From positions 1 to 59,395 of the forward strand of contig JACUTR010000001.1 in assembly GCA_014859735.1 (NCBI GenBank): a stretch of 59,395 nucleotides of DNA. Reading direction: 5' to 3'. This document shows positions 1-8,589 of the stretch, in pieces; positions within the stretch are counted from its first letter, which is position 1, and every line of letters starts with the position of its first letter. This DNA is from Candidatus Methanophagales archaeon. GTDB lineage: Archaea > Halobacteriota > Syntropharchaeia > Alkanophagales > Methanospirareceae. Under the pieces are notes generated by a model. It did not search any database, was not told where the DNA came from, and saw only the letters and a program-made list of their open reading frames with translations. The position numbers were made by a program, and so were the translations under genes.

Positions 1-366
1 GATGCCGGCGTGTATCATACCGAACGTGGATATTCGGAGTTAGAGCTGCATAAGGAGGGCGATTTGAGAACAGAGTTAGCAGATGCCTGCTTAAGCCAGA
101 TGTTCGTTGCTCACGCGCCCGTATCATTCGTGATCGCCGCTGAATATGAACGGACAACGCGAAGATATGGAGACCGCGGTGTCCGATACGTGCTTATAGA
201 GGTGGGGCATGCATCGCAAAACGTCTATTTAGAGTGCGAAGCGTTGGGTCTGGCGACCGTCGCCATCGGTGCGTTTTATGATGAGGCAGTTGCACGGGTC
301 TTGGATCTCCCGAGGCAGCAGAGGCCACTCTATCTGATGCCGGTGGGTGTGAGTGCAGAAAAATGA
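1..366 (+). CDS. nitroreductase-superfamily / SagB-type dehydrogenase domain protein, C-terminal fragment (5' end outside window)
   Basis: Frame 1 is open from base 1 to TGA 364-366. The tail ...RYVLIEVGHASQNVYLECEALGLATVAIGAFYD...LYLMPVG resembles the FMN nitroreductase/SagB fold (from memory). Confidence 0.6.
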   Translation, partial: DAGVYHTERGYSELELHKEGDLRTELADACLSQMFVAHAPVSFVIAAEYERTTRRYGDRGVRYVLIEVGHASQNVYLECEALGLATVAIGAFYDEAVARVLDLPRQQRPLYLMPVGVSAEK

Positions 367-394
367 ATTCACGCATTGATTAACACCTGAACGC

Positions 395-535
395 ATGTGG
401 GGCTCTGCCCCATCACGGGCTCCGCCCGTGCCTCCGCAAACCTTTTCTTAGTAAGAAAAGGTTTATCAAAAGAATATATCTTTCTTAATAAACGTTCTTT
501 CTTTAGAAAGAAAAGGTTTACTGTAAGGGCTTATG
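395..535. repeat. composite repeat cluster: GC-rich palindromic modules (395-437), AT-rich type E element (438-520) and ctgtaagggctta module (521-535)
   Basis: tggggcNNNgcccca; cacgggctccgcccgtg (identical to 53911-53927); the 27-nt perfect palindrome aaaccttttctta-g-taagaaaaggttt (438-464); ttctttc-ttta-gaaagaa; then ctgtaagggcTTA overlapping the ndk stop. Confidence 0.85.
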
Positions 536-1058
536 CCCATTCAGTCACCTCGCACCTGTTCCTAATGACCTTTTTGGTGGGGTAGATCTCTTCAATAATC
601 TCGTCCGGATCGAACCAGAGATAGATCTCTTTTTTCGCGGATTCTTCGGAGTCCGAGCAGTGGATGACGTTCTCCATGATGCCCTTTTTGTTAATCCTGC
701 CGTATGCTCCGCGGATGGATATCGGGTCTGCTTCGAGCGGATTCGTTGCACCGGCGATCCTTCGCACTTTCGAGATCGCGTCCTCCCCTTTGTACACAAA
801 CGCAAGTACGCGTTCATATTCCGGGCCATAGGTTTTACCGGAAAAGTATTCATAAAGGTCATTAAAAAACGGTTCGTCTTTTAAATGCTCGTAATGCTGC
901 TCCGCAAGTTCCCGAGATACCTTGACAACCTTTGCACCAATGATCCTCAGGCGTGCTTCTGAAAGGCGGGTGAGGATGTTCCCGGTCAATGATTTCACCA
1001 GTGCGTCTGGCTTCAGAATAATCAGGGTGTATTGATGTCCCTTTGTTGCTTCGGTCAT
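531..1058 (-). CDS. ndk: nucleoside-diphosphate kinase
   Basis: 175-aa ORF with LIILKPDA, FFNDL, GATNP, IRGAYG and NVIHCSDS motifs. ATG at 1058; the TAA at 531-533 lies inside a repeat module. About 20 aa of C-terminal extension. Confidence 0.85.
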   Translation of the reverse strand: MTEATKGHQYTLIILKPDALVKSLTGNILTRLSEARLRIIGAKVVKVSRELAEQHYEHLKDEPFFNDLYEYFSGKTYGPEYERVLAFVYKGEDAISKVRRIAGATNPLEADPISIRGAYGRINKKGIMENVIHCSDSEESAKKEIYLWFDPDEIIEEIYPTKKVIRNRCEVTEWA

Positions 1059-1194
1059 TGCTTGTACACCTCTCTAGTTACCTTCTCAAGAGGATTATTC
1101 AGTATACGTAAATATAAAATCACCTACCTGATCGAAGGTGGAAACGTAATCACCGTGGCGAGTGGCATAGACGTGCAGCGAAATGTAAGACCCG

Positions 1195-2484
1195 TCACGT
1201 CAACAACGTCACCAAAAACTTCACATAATCCTTTAAATCCTGGATTCTAACGTTCTCATCAGGCCCGTGCGCGTTGCTCTCGATCGATCTGCCAACACCA
1301 AACGCACAAACTGGCTGCTTCGTCCTTTGAACGGCATACGCAACATCTAACCCCCCTTGCACACCTATTGCCGCTTTAGAAACGCCAAAAGCAGCAGATG
1401 CTGCAGCCTGTACCCGTCTTACCCATTCGTTATCCGGATCGGTAAGCATAGGCGGATAGCCAGGTTTACAATACAGGTCTAAGTCTATTCCCTGCGTTGT
1501 TTTTATGGCTTCCACTGCATCTTCAAACTCTTGTATCACTTCCTCAACTGCTTCCTCGGATAGATAGCGCCGGTCGCCCCGCAGGGTGCAACTCGGTGGT
1601 ATAAGATTCTCCTTCACACCACCATTTATCATCGTAACGTTAAAGACCGGCTTTATATGCCTCTGCCCTGTTAGTTCCCTGATCTCAGGACTGCAGGGTA
1701 CTTTCGATGCCCTCTGCTCAATCTCCTTCTTCAGCTCAGCTAACTCCCGAATCACGAGCACTGCCTTTTCGATCGCATTCACCCCCAAAAAGGGCAGAGA
1801 ACTATGGCATGACTTGCCATATACCTTTATCTCCCAGTTCATCACCCCATTCGTCGCTACAATTATACCCTCGTTATCGCCATCCATACAGAGTAGATAA
1901 CCGCCCTGGAGGAGTCCATCATCGGCAAAGAAGCACAATCCGGAGTAGAGTCCGATCTCTTCATCCGTGGTTAACGCAACCCGAATGTTATAGGTGCTCT
2001 CTAATCCCAGCTCATCCATAATGCGTAATGCAGTTACAAGTGATGCGACGCTTCCTTTCGAATCCGCTACACCACGCCCATATATCCTCTCATCGCTCAT
2101 CACCGGCTCAAAGGGAGCGGTACTCCACCCTTCTCCTGCTGGAACCACATCTAAATGCGTGTATATCACGATACTCTCCTCTGCGCCGAAATCCTTGGTG
2201 GCGAGGAGGTTCACTCTCTCACCTCGTAACTCCTCTCTCTTCTGTCGTGCTTCATATACCTTTTCCGGTATCGTTATCCGTTCGCATCCAAACCCAAGAT
2301 CCTCGAATACCGGGATGAGCACCTCAACTATCTTCCCATAATGCTCGCCGGGGGGAACAAATGTAGGTATTCTGACCAATCCCTTGAGACAATCTATCAG
2401 ATACCTCTCTGTTTCTCCTCGCTCCACTGTTTCTTCCAGATCCTCTTTTATTCCTTCTTCCATCTTTCCCTTTTTGCCGCTCAT
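1195..2484 (-). CDS. M20-family metallopeptidase (ArgE/DapE/CPG2-like deacylase)
   Basis: 429 aa with HLDVVPAGEGW, GRGVADSKG and TTDEEIG motifs of M20 peptidases. Substrate not assignable. Confidence 0.8.
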   Translation of the reverse strand: MSGKKGKMEEGIKEDLEETVERGETERYLIDCLKGLVRIPTFVPPGEHYGKIVEVLIPVFEDLGFGCERITIPEKVYEARQKREELRGERVNLLATKDFGAEESIVIYTHLDVVPAGEGWSTAPFEPVMSDERIYGRGVADSKGSVASLVTALRIMDELGLESTYNIRVALTTDEEIGLYSGLCFFADDGLLQGGYLLCMDGDNEGIIVATNGVMNWEIKVYGKSCHSSLPFLGVNAIEKAVLVIRELAELKKEIEQRASKVPCSPEIRELTGQRHIKPVFNVTMINGGVKENLIPPSCTLRGDRRYLSEEAVEEVIQEFEDAVEAIKTTQGIDLDLYCKPGYPPMLTDPDNEWVRRVQAAASAAFGVSKAAIGVQGGLDVAYAVQRTKQPVCAFGVGRSIESNAHGPDENVRIQDLKDYVKFLVTLLT

Positions 2485-2547
2485 ACTCTACACAAAATCT
2501 TAAATACGCAGACAAAAATAGTAAAGCGGGGGTGAGACGATTAATTA

Positions 2548-3228
2548 ATGCACGAGAAATTTAGCTGCATGGTGGTTGATTGGGACTATGCATACGACCT
2601 CTGCAAGGATGTAGATGAGGAGATAAAGGCCGCGGGGTTTCAGCCTGAGGTTATAATAGGAGTAGCGCGAGGGGGCTGGTTTCTAGCTCGAGTGCTCTGT
2701 GATTTCTTCCTGCTTAAAGAGTTGCTCAGTTTGAAGATGGAACACTGGGGGCTAACAGCTACGATTACTGGTGATGCGCAGATGAAATACGGGCTTGATG
2801 AGGAAGCTAAGAGAAGACTGAAAGAGAAGAAAGTACTGATAACAGATGACGTGACTGATACCGGGGAGAGCATAAATCTTGTAGTTAAGTATGTTAAATC
2901 ACTGGGAGTAAAGGATGTAAAAACAGCGACCATGCATCATAAAACGTCTTCCTCATTCATTCCTGATTTCTATGGCGAGCTTATACGAGAATGGAAATGG
3001 GTGATCTATCCCTGGAGCATCCATGAAGACGTGATGGAATTGGCCGGAAAGGTACTCGATAAAAGAGCGAAATCGATGAGTTTGGTTGAAATTCGGACTA
3101 ATCTGAAGGAGGAGTTTGACTTTTACGTGCCCTATAACCTGCTCAAGGAAGTAGTGGAGAATATGGCATTCCACGGTAAAATAAGAAGCAAAGAGGAAGG
3201 GGGGAAGGAGGTGTGGCTACCGTGCTAG
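2548..3228 (+). CDS. type I phosphoribosyltransferase (purine PRT-like) with C-terminal extension
   Basis: 226 aa with the PRPP loop VLITDDVTDTGES and GVARGG upstream. ATG at 2548. Confidence 0.7.
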   Translation: MHEKFSCMVVDWDYAYDLCKDVDEEIKAAGFQPEVIIGVARGGWFLARVLCDFFLLKELLSLKMEHWGLTATITGDAQMKYGLDEEAKRRLKEKKVLITDDVTDTGESINLVVKYVKSLGVKDVKTATMHHKTSSSFIPDFYGELIREWKWVIYPWSIHEDVMELAGKVLDKRAKSMSLVEIRTNLKEEFDFYVPYNLLKEVVENMAFHGKIRSKEEGGKEVWLPC

Positions 3229-3251
3229 AGCTTCGATCTGTGCGGAAAGAA

Positions 3252-4217
3252 TTATACCGTCTCTATCCCAAAAGACTCCAGTAACACCTCGGGATTTATC
3301 TCACCACTGGTAAACGTTTTACCACTGGTCAAATCGTTCACGGTAATCTCCGCCGGAGCGAACATCGCAGCATCTACTTTGAAGAAGTCGAACCCAGCGT
3401 TCTTAAAGGTGACGTAGAATGGCTGTCCATAATCACGTGAGTTCCGTGAGGGCACTTTCTGTACATAGCCTTTCAATTCCTCTACCTTCTCGTACTCCAC
3501 CGCATAATACACGCGACCACAGTAGATAATGCAATCATTGGTCGAACCCATACATCTCACATCATCACCAACGAGTGGTGAGATCGGTACGATCCCATGA
3601 GCATGTTTTATGCTGTTTATATCAAACCCTAACGTTTCGAGCTTGTGAATCCCGGTTTCCACGACCCGCGCAGATATTTGCACCGTGCCCGCAACGGAGG
3701 CCGTCGGCACCACCACGATGTAGAGGTCCTCGGGTTCCACCCGGCAGGCCTTTGCAATCTCCGCTGTCACTTCCTCGTCAGGTATCGTGCTGCTTTCTAA
3801 GACCAATACCGCCTCATCCGCATCGTCCGTATACATGATCTTCTCATAGAGTTCGCGGGGATTGAGCGAAAGCGCCCTTGCGGGTCCCGACCCCATGCCG
3901 AAGAATTTCTTCACCTTTATCCGCCATCCCGCAAATTGCGATGCCATGCAGGCGAGTATAGGATGGTCTGTGGTAACTTCTATTGCCGGTACGGCGAGTT
4001 TACCAAGGTTAAAACTGCTGAATGTAAGATCCGCAAGATCAGCCATACATATTCTCGCGACGTATAACCCCGCTTCAAATCCCCCCTCTTCTTCCACACC
4101 TGCATCTATTATCGTTGTCCCATTATCCAACTCCTCGATACCCACATTCAACTCATCTGCATTGTCCATCATCTCTTCAAATACGTCCAATCCATACTCA
4201 TTCACGCTTATCATCAT
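3252..4217 (-). CDS. mch: methenyltetrahydromethanopterin cyclohydrolase
   Basis: MISVNEYG... N-terminus, GSGPARAL and NGTTIIDAG are typical of Mch. I place the start at ATG 4217 (or 4214) rather than the ORF-track 4250. Confidence 0.9.
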   Translation of the reverse strand: MMISVNEYGLDVFEEMMDNADELNVGIEELDNGTTIIDAGVEEEGGFEAGLYVARICMADLADLTFSSFNLGKLAVPAIEVTTDHPILACMASQFAGWRIKVKKFFGMGSGPARALSLNPRELYEKIMYTDDADEAVLVLESSTIPDEEVTAEIAKACRVEPEDLYIVVVPTASVAGTVQISARVVETGIHKLETLGFDINSIKHAHGIVPISPLVGDDVRCMGSTNDCIIYCGRVYYAVEYEKVEELKGYVQKVPSRNSRDYGQPFYVTFKNAGFDFFKVDAAMFAPAEITVNDLTSGKTFTSGEINPEVLLESFGIETV

Positions 4218-4281
4218 TCTAGCCACCCTTCCTATACCAAAGCCATTCACCTATTTATAAGAATAGGATTTTTTTTGAGTT

Positions 4282-4848
4282 ATGAATGAGTATAAAACAG
4301 TCCTGGTTGAGCCCAGAGTACGCGTTAAAATGCTGGAAGAGTTAGTTTTCCCCTCTATCTTCCGGTCATCATGGCACGAGGAAGAAAAAATTCGGGCTCT
4401 GTTTCGGCATAAACTCAGGGTGGCGGAAAGTATAAAAGGAATCAGGGATGCAGAAGAGCGGGAAGAACTATGCACTGCCCTGAACGCACTTTACTCCTAT
4501 TACCTAGCCCTTATCGGGTGCTCCTCGTCTGAAGTAGAAAGAGGGGAAAGCGCGGTTAAGGAAGAATTTAAAAGGATCGAAATAGAGGTTAAGGCCTCTA
4601 TACCCGCTCAGAGTGAATCCGCAGAAGAAGTGACAGCTTCCGTGAGATGGATAAAAGCTCGTTTAGGAATGGTATGGGCTCAACTCGTGAAGAACGCATC
4701 TATGCATCAATCCTTCACCGAGGACGAATTGGATACATTCAAGAAGGATTTAAATCGTATAGAACTGAAATTGTCTGAGCAACCCAATTCTCAGGTTAAA
4801 GTAGAGATAGGTGAGGAGATAGAACGACTAAGAGAACTCCTGTTATAG
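4282..4848 (+). CDS. hypothetical helical protein
   Basis: 188-aa ORF from ATG 4282 to TAG 4846-4848, with no recognised motif. The 3' end carries a 26-bp tandem duplication, and the frame stays open 66 codons past the TAG. Confidence 0.5.
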   Translation: MNEYKTVLVEPRVRVKMLEELVFPSIFRSSWHEEEKIRALFRHKLRVAESIKGIRDAEEREELCTALNALYSYYLALIGCSSSEVERGESAVKEEFKRIEIEVKASIPAQSESAEEVTASVRWIKARLGMVWAQLVKNASMHQSFTEDELDTFKKDLNRIELKLSEQPNSQVKVEIGEEIERLRELLL

Positions 4849-4872
4849 GAGATAGAACGACTAAGAGAACTC
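4814..4872. repeat. 26-bp direct duplication (aggagatagaacgactaagagaactc) with 33-nt period
   Basis: Copy 1 is 4814-4839 and copy 2 is 4847-4872, identical by direct reading. The TAG stop of the 4282 ORF lies between the copies. Confidence 0.9.
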
Positions 4873-5032
4873 TTACGATTGCCCGCCACAGATCCCCTCT
4901 TCCGGGACCCACCTACAACAGCCGGTATGGAGCCGACTGTTGTTTACGGTCACCCCAGAAGCGACACCCTTGTAGCGGCTTCCCTCCTACCAACAACCTC
5001 AGTAGGGCTTTCATATTTGCACCACAATCGAA

Positions 5033-5040
5033 TTTTTTTT
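5033..5040 (+). terminator. oligo-T (T8) archaeal-type terminator candidate
   Basis: A run of 8 T at the end of the GC-normal tail 4873-5032, immediately before the AT-rich island. Confidence 0.4.
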
Positions 5041-5351
5041 ATCTTGTAGGTAGGTTTGGGGGCTTCTACAAGAAGTTTAGGTTTTTGAAAGTGTGGTTAT
5101 TTTAACTACACCAAAGGGGCAGTAGAAAGAGGAGAAGGATATAATAAGCTCTCCCTTATCAACTTTATCCATACCGATTATCTCTTGCATAAAGGGAAAA
5201 AATATTATATATTTTGAAAAAGCTTTTAAGTTAATTTATCCAATTTATTTATCCCCGAAAGAGGTAAAAAGATGGGTGGAAAAGGAGGTGAAATTATGGA
5301 GGATGACAAAAAGGGTACAAGAATGAGGGCACTAAAAGAAAGGTAGATAGC

Positions 5352-6005
5352 ATGGCAATAGATACTGATTTGCATGCAGGGGTAGCAATTTTTTTTAAAT
5401 TAGACATCAATCCAAATATTCAAATGGAAATTCTCAGTAAGGGAGGATTTAAGGCGGCAACTCAAAGAATAATAACGAGGGAAATAGCCCCTGGAATGGC
5501 TATCGGTCCTTCCTTTGTACCAATTGCAGAAACTGAAAATGCAACAATAGAGTACAATGGTGAAAGATATTTACTTCGGTTGGCGACAAGTTTAAATAAA
5601 ATTCATAAGGTAAGTGAAAAAGTATCCTCAGCATTTGAAAAAAGCGGATATCCTTTTTCAGAGATGGTAAGATATTGTGAATTCAATTTTCCAGACCAAT
5701 CTTTAGAAATCCCGGACCTAATTAATAAGATAAGATCAATGATAACTGTTCACACTGCTGGGGTACTATCTTCTATATTTGGTGTTGAATTAGAGCCTTA
5801 TTCATTTTCGCTTAGCTATCCAGAGACTCCTTTGACTGACCAATGGATGCATGTCACCTTTACTCCAGAATCGAACAATCCGGAAAATAGAGTTATCTTG
5901 AAAATCACAAAAAGAACGCCAACATACGATGAAATGCTAGATTTTCTTTTGGATATAGAAAGCAAGATAGAGAATATCAAGGATCTATTTAAGGAGAAGA
6001 TATAA
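5352..6005 (+). CDS. hypothetical protein (low-GC cassette gene 1)
   Basis: 217-aa ORF with no recognised motif. It is preceded by a 16-24 codon uORF (5272/5296-5346) with a perfect SD, aggaggtga. Confidence 0.45.
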   Translation: MAIDTDLHAGVAIFFKLDINPNIQMEILSKGGFKAATQRIITREIAPGMAIGPSFVPIAETENATIEYNGERYLLRLATSLNKIHKVSEKVSSAFEKSGYPFSEMVRYCEFNFPDQSLEIPDLINKIRSMITVHTAGVLSSIFGVELEPYSFSLSYPETPLTDQWMHVTFTPESNNPENRVILKITKRTPTYDEMLDFLLDIESKIENIKDLFKEKI

Positions 6006-6008
6006 AAA

Positions 6009-6476
6009 ATGGCCCAAACCCCTAGTTCATATTCTAGGAGAACCCAAAACCCTATTTCATATCCTGTCGCAGAGGGAGAAGAGAGGTCATCTGATAGTAC
6101 TACCACTATAGGGATAGTAACTGGAATACGCCAAGATATAGATATTTCACGAATTTTATATCCCTTTGCAGAGATAGTGCGAGAAGAAATAAGATCAATG
6201 GAGGAAAGAATGATTGAAAGAATTGATTATAGAATTTATTATAGGATTAATGAACTCAAAAGGCAAAACATTGAAGAAGAGGGGGCTACTGAAAAGGTGA
6301 TTATGCTGAGGTCTATATCAAGAGAGCAAGCAAAAGAAGAGATTATGGCATTGCTTGATGAATCAGATAAACTGTATTACAGCGATATAGCCGAAGCGTT
6401 AAGATTGGATTTAGAACTTGTCGTAGAGATCATACAAGAATTAGAGGCAGAAGGGAAAGTAGGGGAAGCTGAATAA
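6009..6476 (+). CDS. hypothetical protein with C-terminal winged-helix-like domain (low-GC cassette gene 2)
   Basis: 155 aa, starting 3 nt after gene 1. The C-terminus ...EEIMALLDESDKLYYSDIAEALRLDLELVVEIIQELEAEGKV looks like a wHTH. Confidence 0.5.
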   Translation: MAQTPSSYSRRTQNPISYPVAEGEERSSDSTTTIGIVTGIRQDIDISRILYPFAEIVREEIRSMEERMIERIDYRIYYRINELKRQNIEEEGATEKVIMLRSISREQAKEEIMALLDESDKLYYSDIAEALRLDLELVVEIIQELEAEGKVGEAE

Positions 6477-6679
6477 TGCCTGAAACACTTTTTGCGAAGG
6501 GAGATGGTATAAAAGGAGATAAAATAACGGTACAATGTCGGGAACATCATTTTAGTGGACGACCGATCAAAGGAACAAGTAGAGATAAATTACAACGTGG
6601 TAGTTTAGAGGGTACGGTTTATTGTATCGTTGATAAGCCTTTAAAGAGTCTAAGGAAAAGCGTACAACATATTGATTGA
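6476..6679 (+). CDS. small hypothetical protein (low-GC cassette gene 3)
   Basis: 67 aa. Its ATG overlaps the TAA of gene 2 (TAATG). No recognised motif. Confidence 0.3.
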   Translation: MPETLFAKGDGIKGDKITVQCREHHFSGRPIKGTSRDKLQRGSLEGTVYCIVDKPLKSLRKSVQHID

Positions 6680-6852
6680 CAAAATATAATATCTAAATTG
6701 AAGAGCGTGTGAAGGACAATGTTTCAATATGTTTCATCCCAAAAGGTTTTTGTAATTAGCTCTTAATTGCGGTATAAGAGGCGCGAAAAAGCGGATATGA
6801 AAGGAAGGAGTTAGAAATATAAAACAAATTGTTGACAATTAATTAACTCTTG

Positions 6853-8079
6853 TTATCTGAGTAGTATTACCCTCTTTCTCCTCCTCTCCCGCTCCCATTC
6901 CTCCATCCTTTCGGTAAGAACATCCTGGTCTACAAAAGCGAAATCTTCTTCAGCTTCTTTTAAGAGCACAGGTATTTCATCAGTGGAAAAAGCGGGTATC
7001 CCCAATTCAGAAAACCGTGCAGCCGCGAAATGCGATAACTCTTTACCATATATTACGGCAACGACACCTTTTCTCGCTAATAGGTCCACGGTGCTTGCTC
7101 CCCCGCCGCTGCCATCCTCAAGGAATACGATGTCACCTTTTTCAAGACCATATCTCCTATCAATCTTCACGATTGCATCCTGACTGAACGATGGTATCAT
7201 TTTTATCCGTATTCCACCTTTCACCTCTTTTCTCCCTTTTAATCCTTCAATGATCTCCACGAGCTCAGCATTCCCCTTCTCTCTCGCTCTTACTTCCTCT
7301 TTCAGTCTCTCTATCTCCGTGTCCCTCTTTCTAATCTCCTCTGCTTTTTTTAGCTCCTTCATGCTCTCTGTCCGCATAGCATCGAGTTTGCGCTTCAAAC
7401 TTCTTATTTCACCTTCCTTTTCCTGCACATCCGCCTTTAAAACGGTAGTAAGCTCCTCCAGCAGCTCTATTCTCTCCTCTTTCTCCTTCATCATCCCGCG
7501 TAATCTGAGCAGATCTTTGCTTTCACTCTCTTCACCCCCTCTCTTCTCGTCCTGCCCCTTCTCTTCCGTCCTCTTCCTCTTCTCCTCTTGAGCACTGATT
7601 AATCGGTTTATCGCAGCACTTATGGACATGCCTTTAACCACCAATGCTTTGACCTCTTCTACAGTCACTCCGGGCGGTGTCTTCTTCTGTACCTGCGAGA
7701 ATTTCTTCTTATATCGCTTGAATGCGCTGATACAGGCGGCTAATGCATCCCGCTCATGTACATTTTTATATTCGTAGCCTTCGCCTTTCGTCAGTGCAAT
7801 CTTCTCGTCCGTTGATAATGAGCCGTATAGTTCATGAACAAAGGAAGAGAACAAACCGCCTATCTTTTTTACCATTGAGGGGGTGGGAGTTACGTCAGAA
7901 GCGACGATCAAGGGTTTTCCACGCGATATGATCCGTGTTATCGTATCGGCGATCGAATAATTTTTTGAGCTGAAGACTTCTACCGGGGTTCCGTTAAGGT
8001 CGATTATGGCCACCCCTATCGTCGTGCCAGGATCAATGCCAACGATGGTGTAATTTCGCGTTGCGTGTGAATCTGCCAT
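6853..8079 (-). CDS. DUF460-like archaeal protein (RNase H/RuvC-like N-terminal domain + long coiled coil)
   Basis: 408 aa. The N-terminus YTIVGIDPGTTIGVAIIDLNG...PLIVASDV resembles the RNase-H-fold start of DUF460 proteins. The central region of about 130 aa is a charged coiled coil. Confidence 0.65.
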   Translation of the reverse strand: MADSHATRNYTIVGIDPGTTIGVAIIDLNGTPVEVFSSKNYSIADTITRIISRGKPLIVASDVTPTPSMVKKIGGLFSSFVHELYGSLSTDEKIALTKGEGYEYKNVHERDALAACISAFKRYKKKFSQVQKKTPPGVTVEEVKALVVKGMSISAAINRLISAQEEKRKRTEEKGQDEKRGGEESESKDLLRLRGMMKEKEERIELLEELTTVLKADVQEKEGEIRSLKRKLDAMRTESMKELKKAEEIRKRDTEIERLKEEVRAREKGNAELVEIIEGLKGRKEVKGGIRIKMIPSFSQDAIVKIDRRYGLEKGDIVFLEDGSGGGASTVDLLARKGVVAVIYGKELSHFAAARFSELGIPAFSTDEIPVLLKEAEEDFAFVDQDVLTERMEEWERERRRKRVILLR

Positions 8080-8168
8080 CTATTTATTTTTATCCTCCGT
8101 AGGCATATAAAATTATACATACCACTCAAGAGAAGTAGTGTTCAGAAAAAGGCGAGGAATAAATAAGA

Positions 8169-8432
8169 ATGAAGGTGGGAATAGTAGCAGATACCCATGA
8201 TAATCTCGATGCAATACGCAGAGCGGTGGAGATTTTTAACGACGAAGGCATCGAACTACTCATTCACGCCGGTGATTTTGTCGCACCATTTACCGAGCAG
8301 TCATTTAGAATGCTCAACGCTCCACTAGTAGGGATATTTGGCAATACTACTCGATTTAGAAAAGGAAGAGGCGAGAATCGTGGAATTGTAAAAACCACGA
8401 GATTCCACGAGATTAACACTGAAACTTTTTAG
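8169..8432 (+). pseudogene. truncated MJ0936/YfcE-type metallophosphoesterase
   Basis: MKVGIVADTHDN...LLIHAGDF...GIFGN matches the first half of this roughly 165-aa family. After GN the sequence diverges and stops at 87 aa. No continuation was found in other frames, and repeat sequence follows. Confidence 0.6.
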
Positions 8433-8455
8433 GAACGTGTTTTATCAAAATCCAA

Positions 8456-8487
8456 TTTCTTTGATCAAACTTTCTTTGTGAAAGAAG
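8456..8487. repeat. AT-rich palindromic repeat, type C
   Basis: tttctttgatcaaactttcttt (22 nt) is identical to 31465-31486. It continues into a ctttc...gaaag hairpin. Confidence 0.8.
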
Positions 8488-8589
8488 GGTTGTGCGTGAA
8501 AAAATAGCAAATTATTTATACTGGGAATTTAAAGTCATCTAAAGAAAGAAGGAAGAGGTAAACAATAGTGGATAAGGAGGTATACTCAA

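Noticed and set aside
395-535. Whether the dispersed palindromes or the (CTTTC)n tract at 39953-39996 could be a CRISPR array.
   Set aside because: There is no regular repeat-spacer periodicity. The copies are scattered singly over 59 kb, the modules are contiguous palindromes without unique spacers, and no cas genes are present.
4846-4848. Reading the in-frame TAG as pyrrolysine.
   Set aside because: No pyl genes or methylamine methyltransferases are in the window, I recall no evidence for Pyl in ANME-1, and the adjacent 26-bp duplication gives a simpler truncation explanation. It is kept only as a low-probability alternative in the corresponding finding.
6807-6817. aggagttagaa as a possible right-hand att copy of the 26-bp repeat (aggagatagaa...) bounding the low-GC island.
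   Set aside because: Only 10 of 11 bases match, similarity is lost afterwards, and the sequence is purine-rich and low-complexity. This is too weak to call a direct repeat.
8391-8405. A 15-nt exact match, aaaaaccacgagatt, shared with 16391-16405.
   Set aside because: By rough estimate, several chance 15-mer matches are expected among all position pairs in a 59-kb window on both strands, especially for A-rich strings. The flanks do not align.
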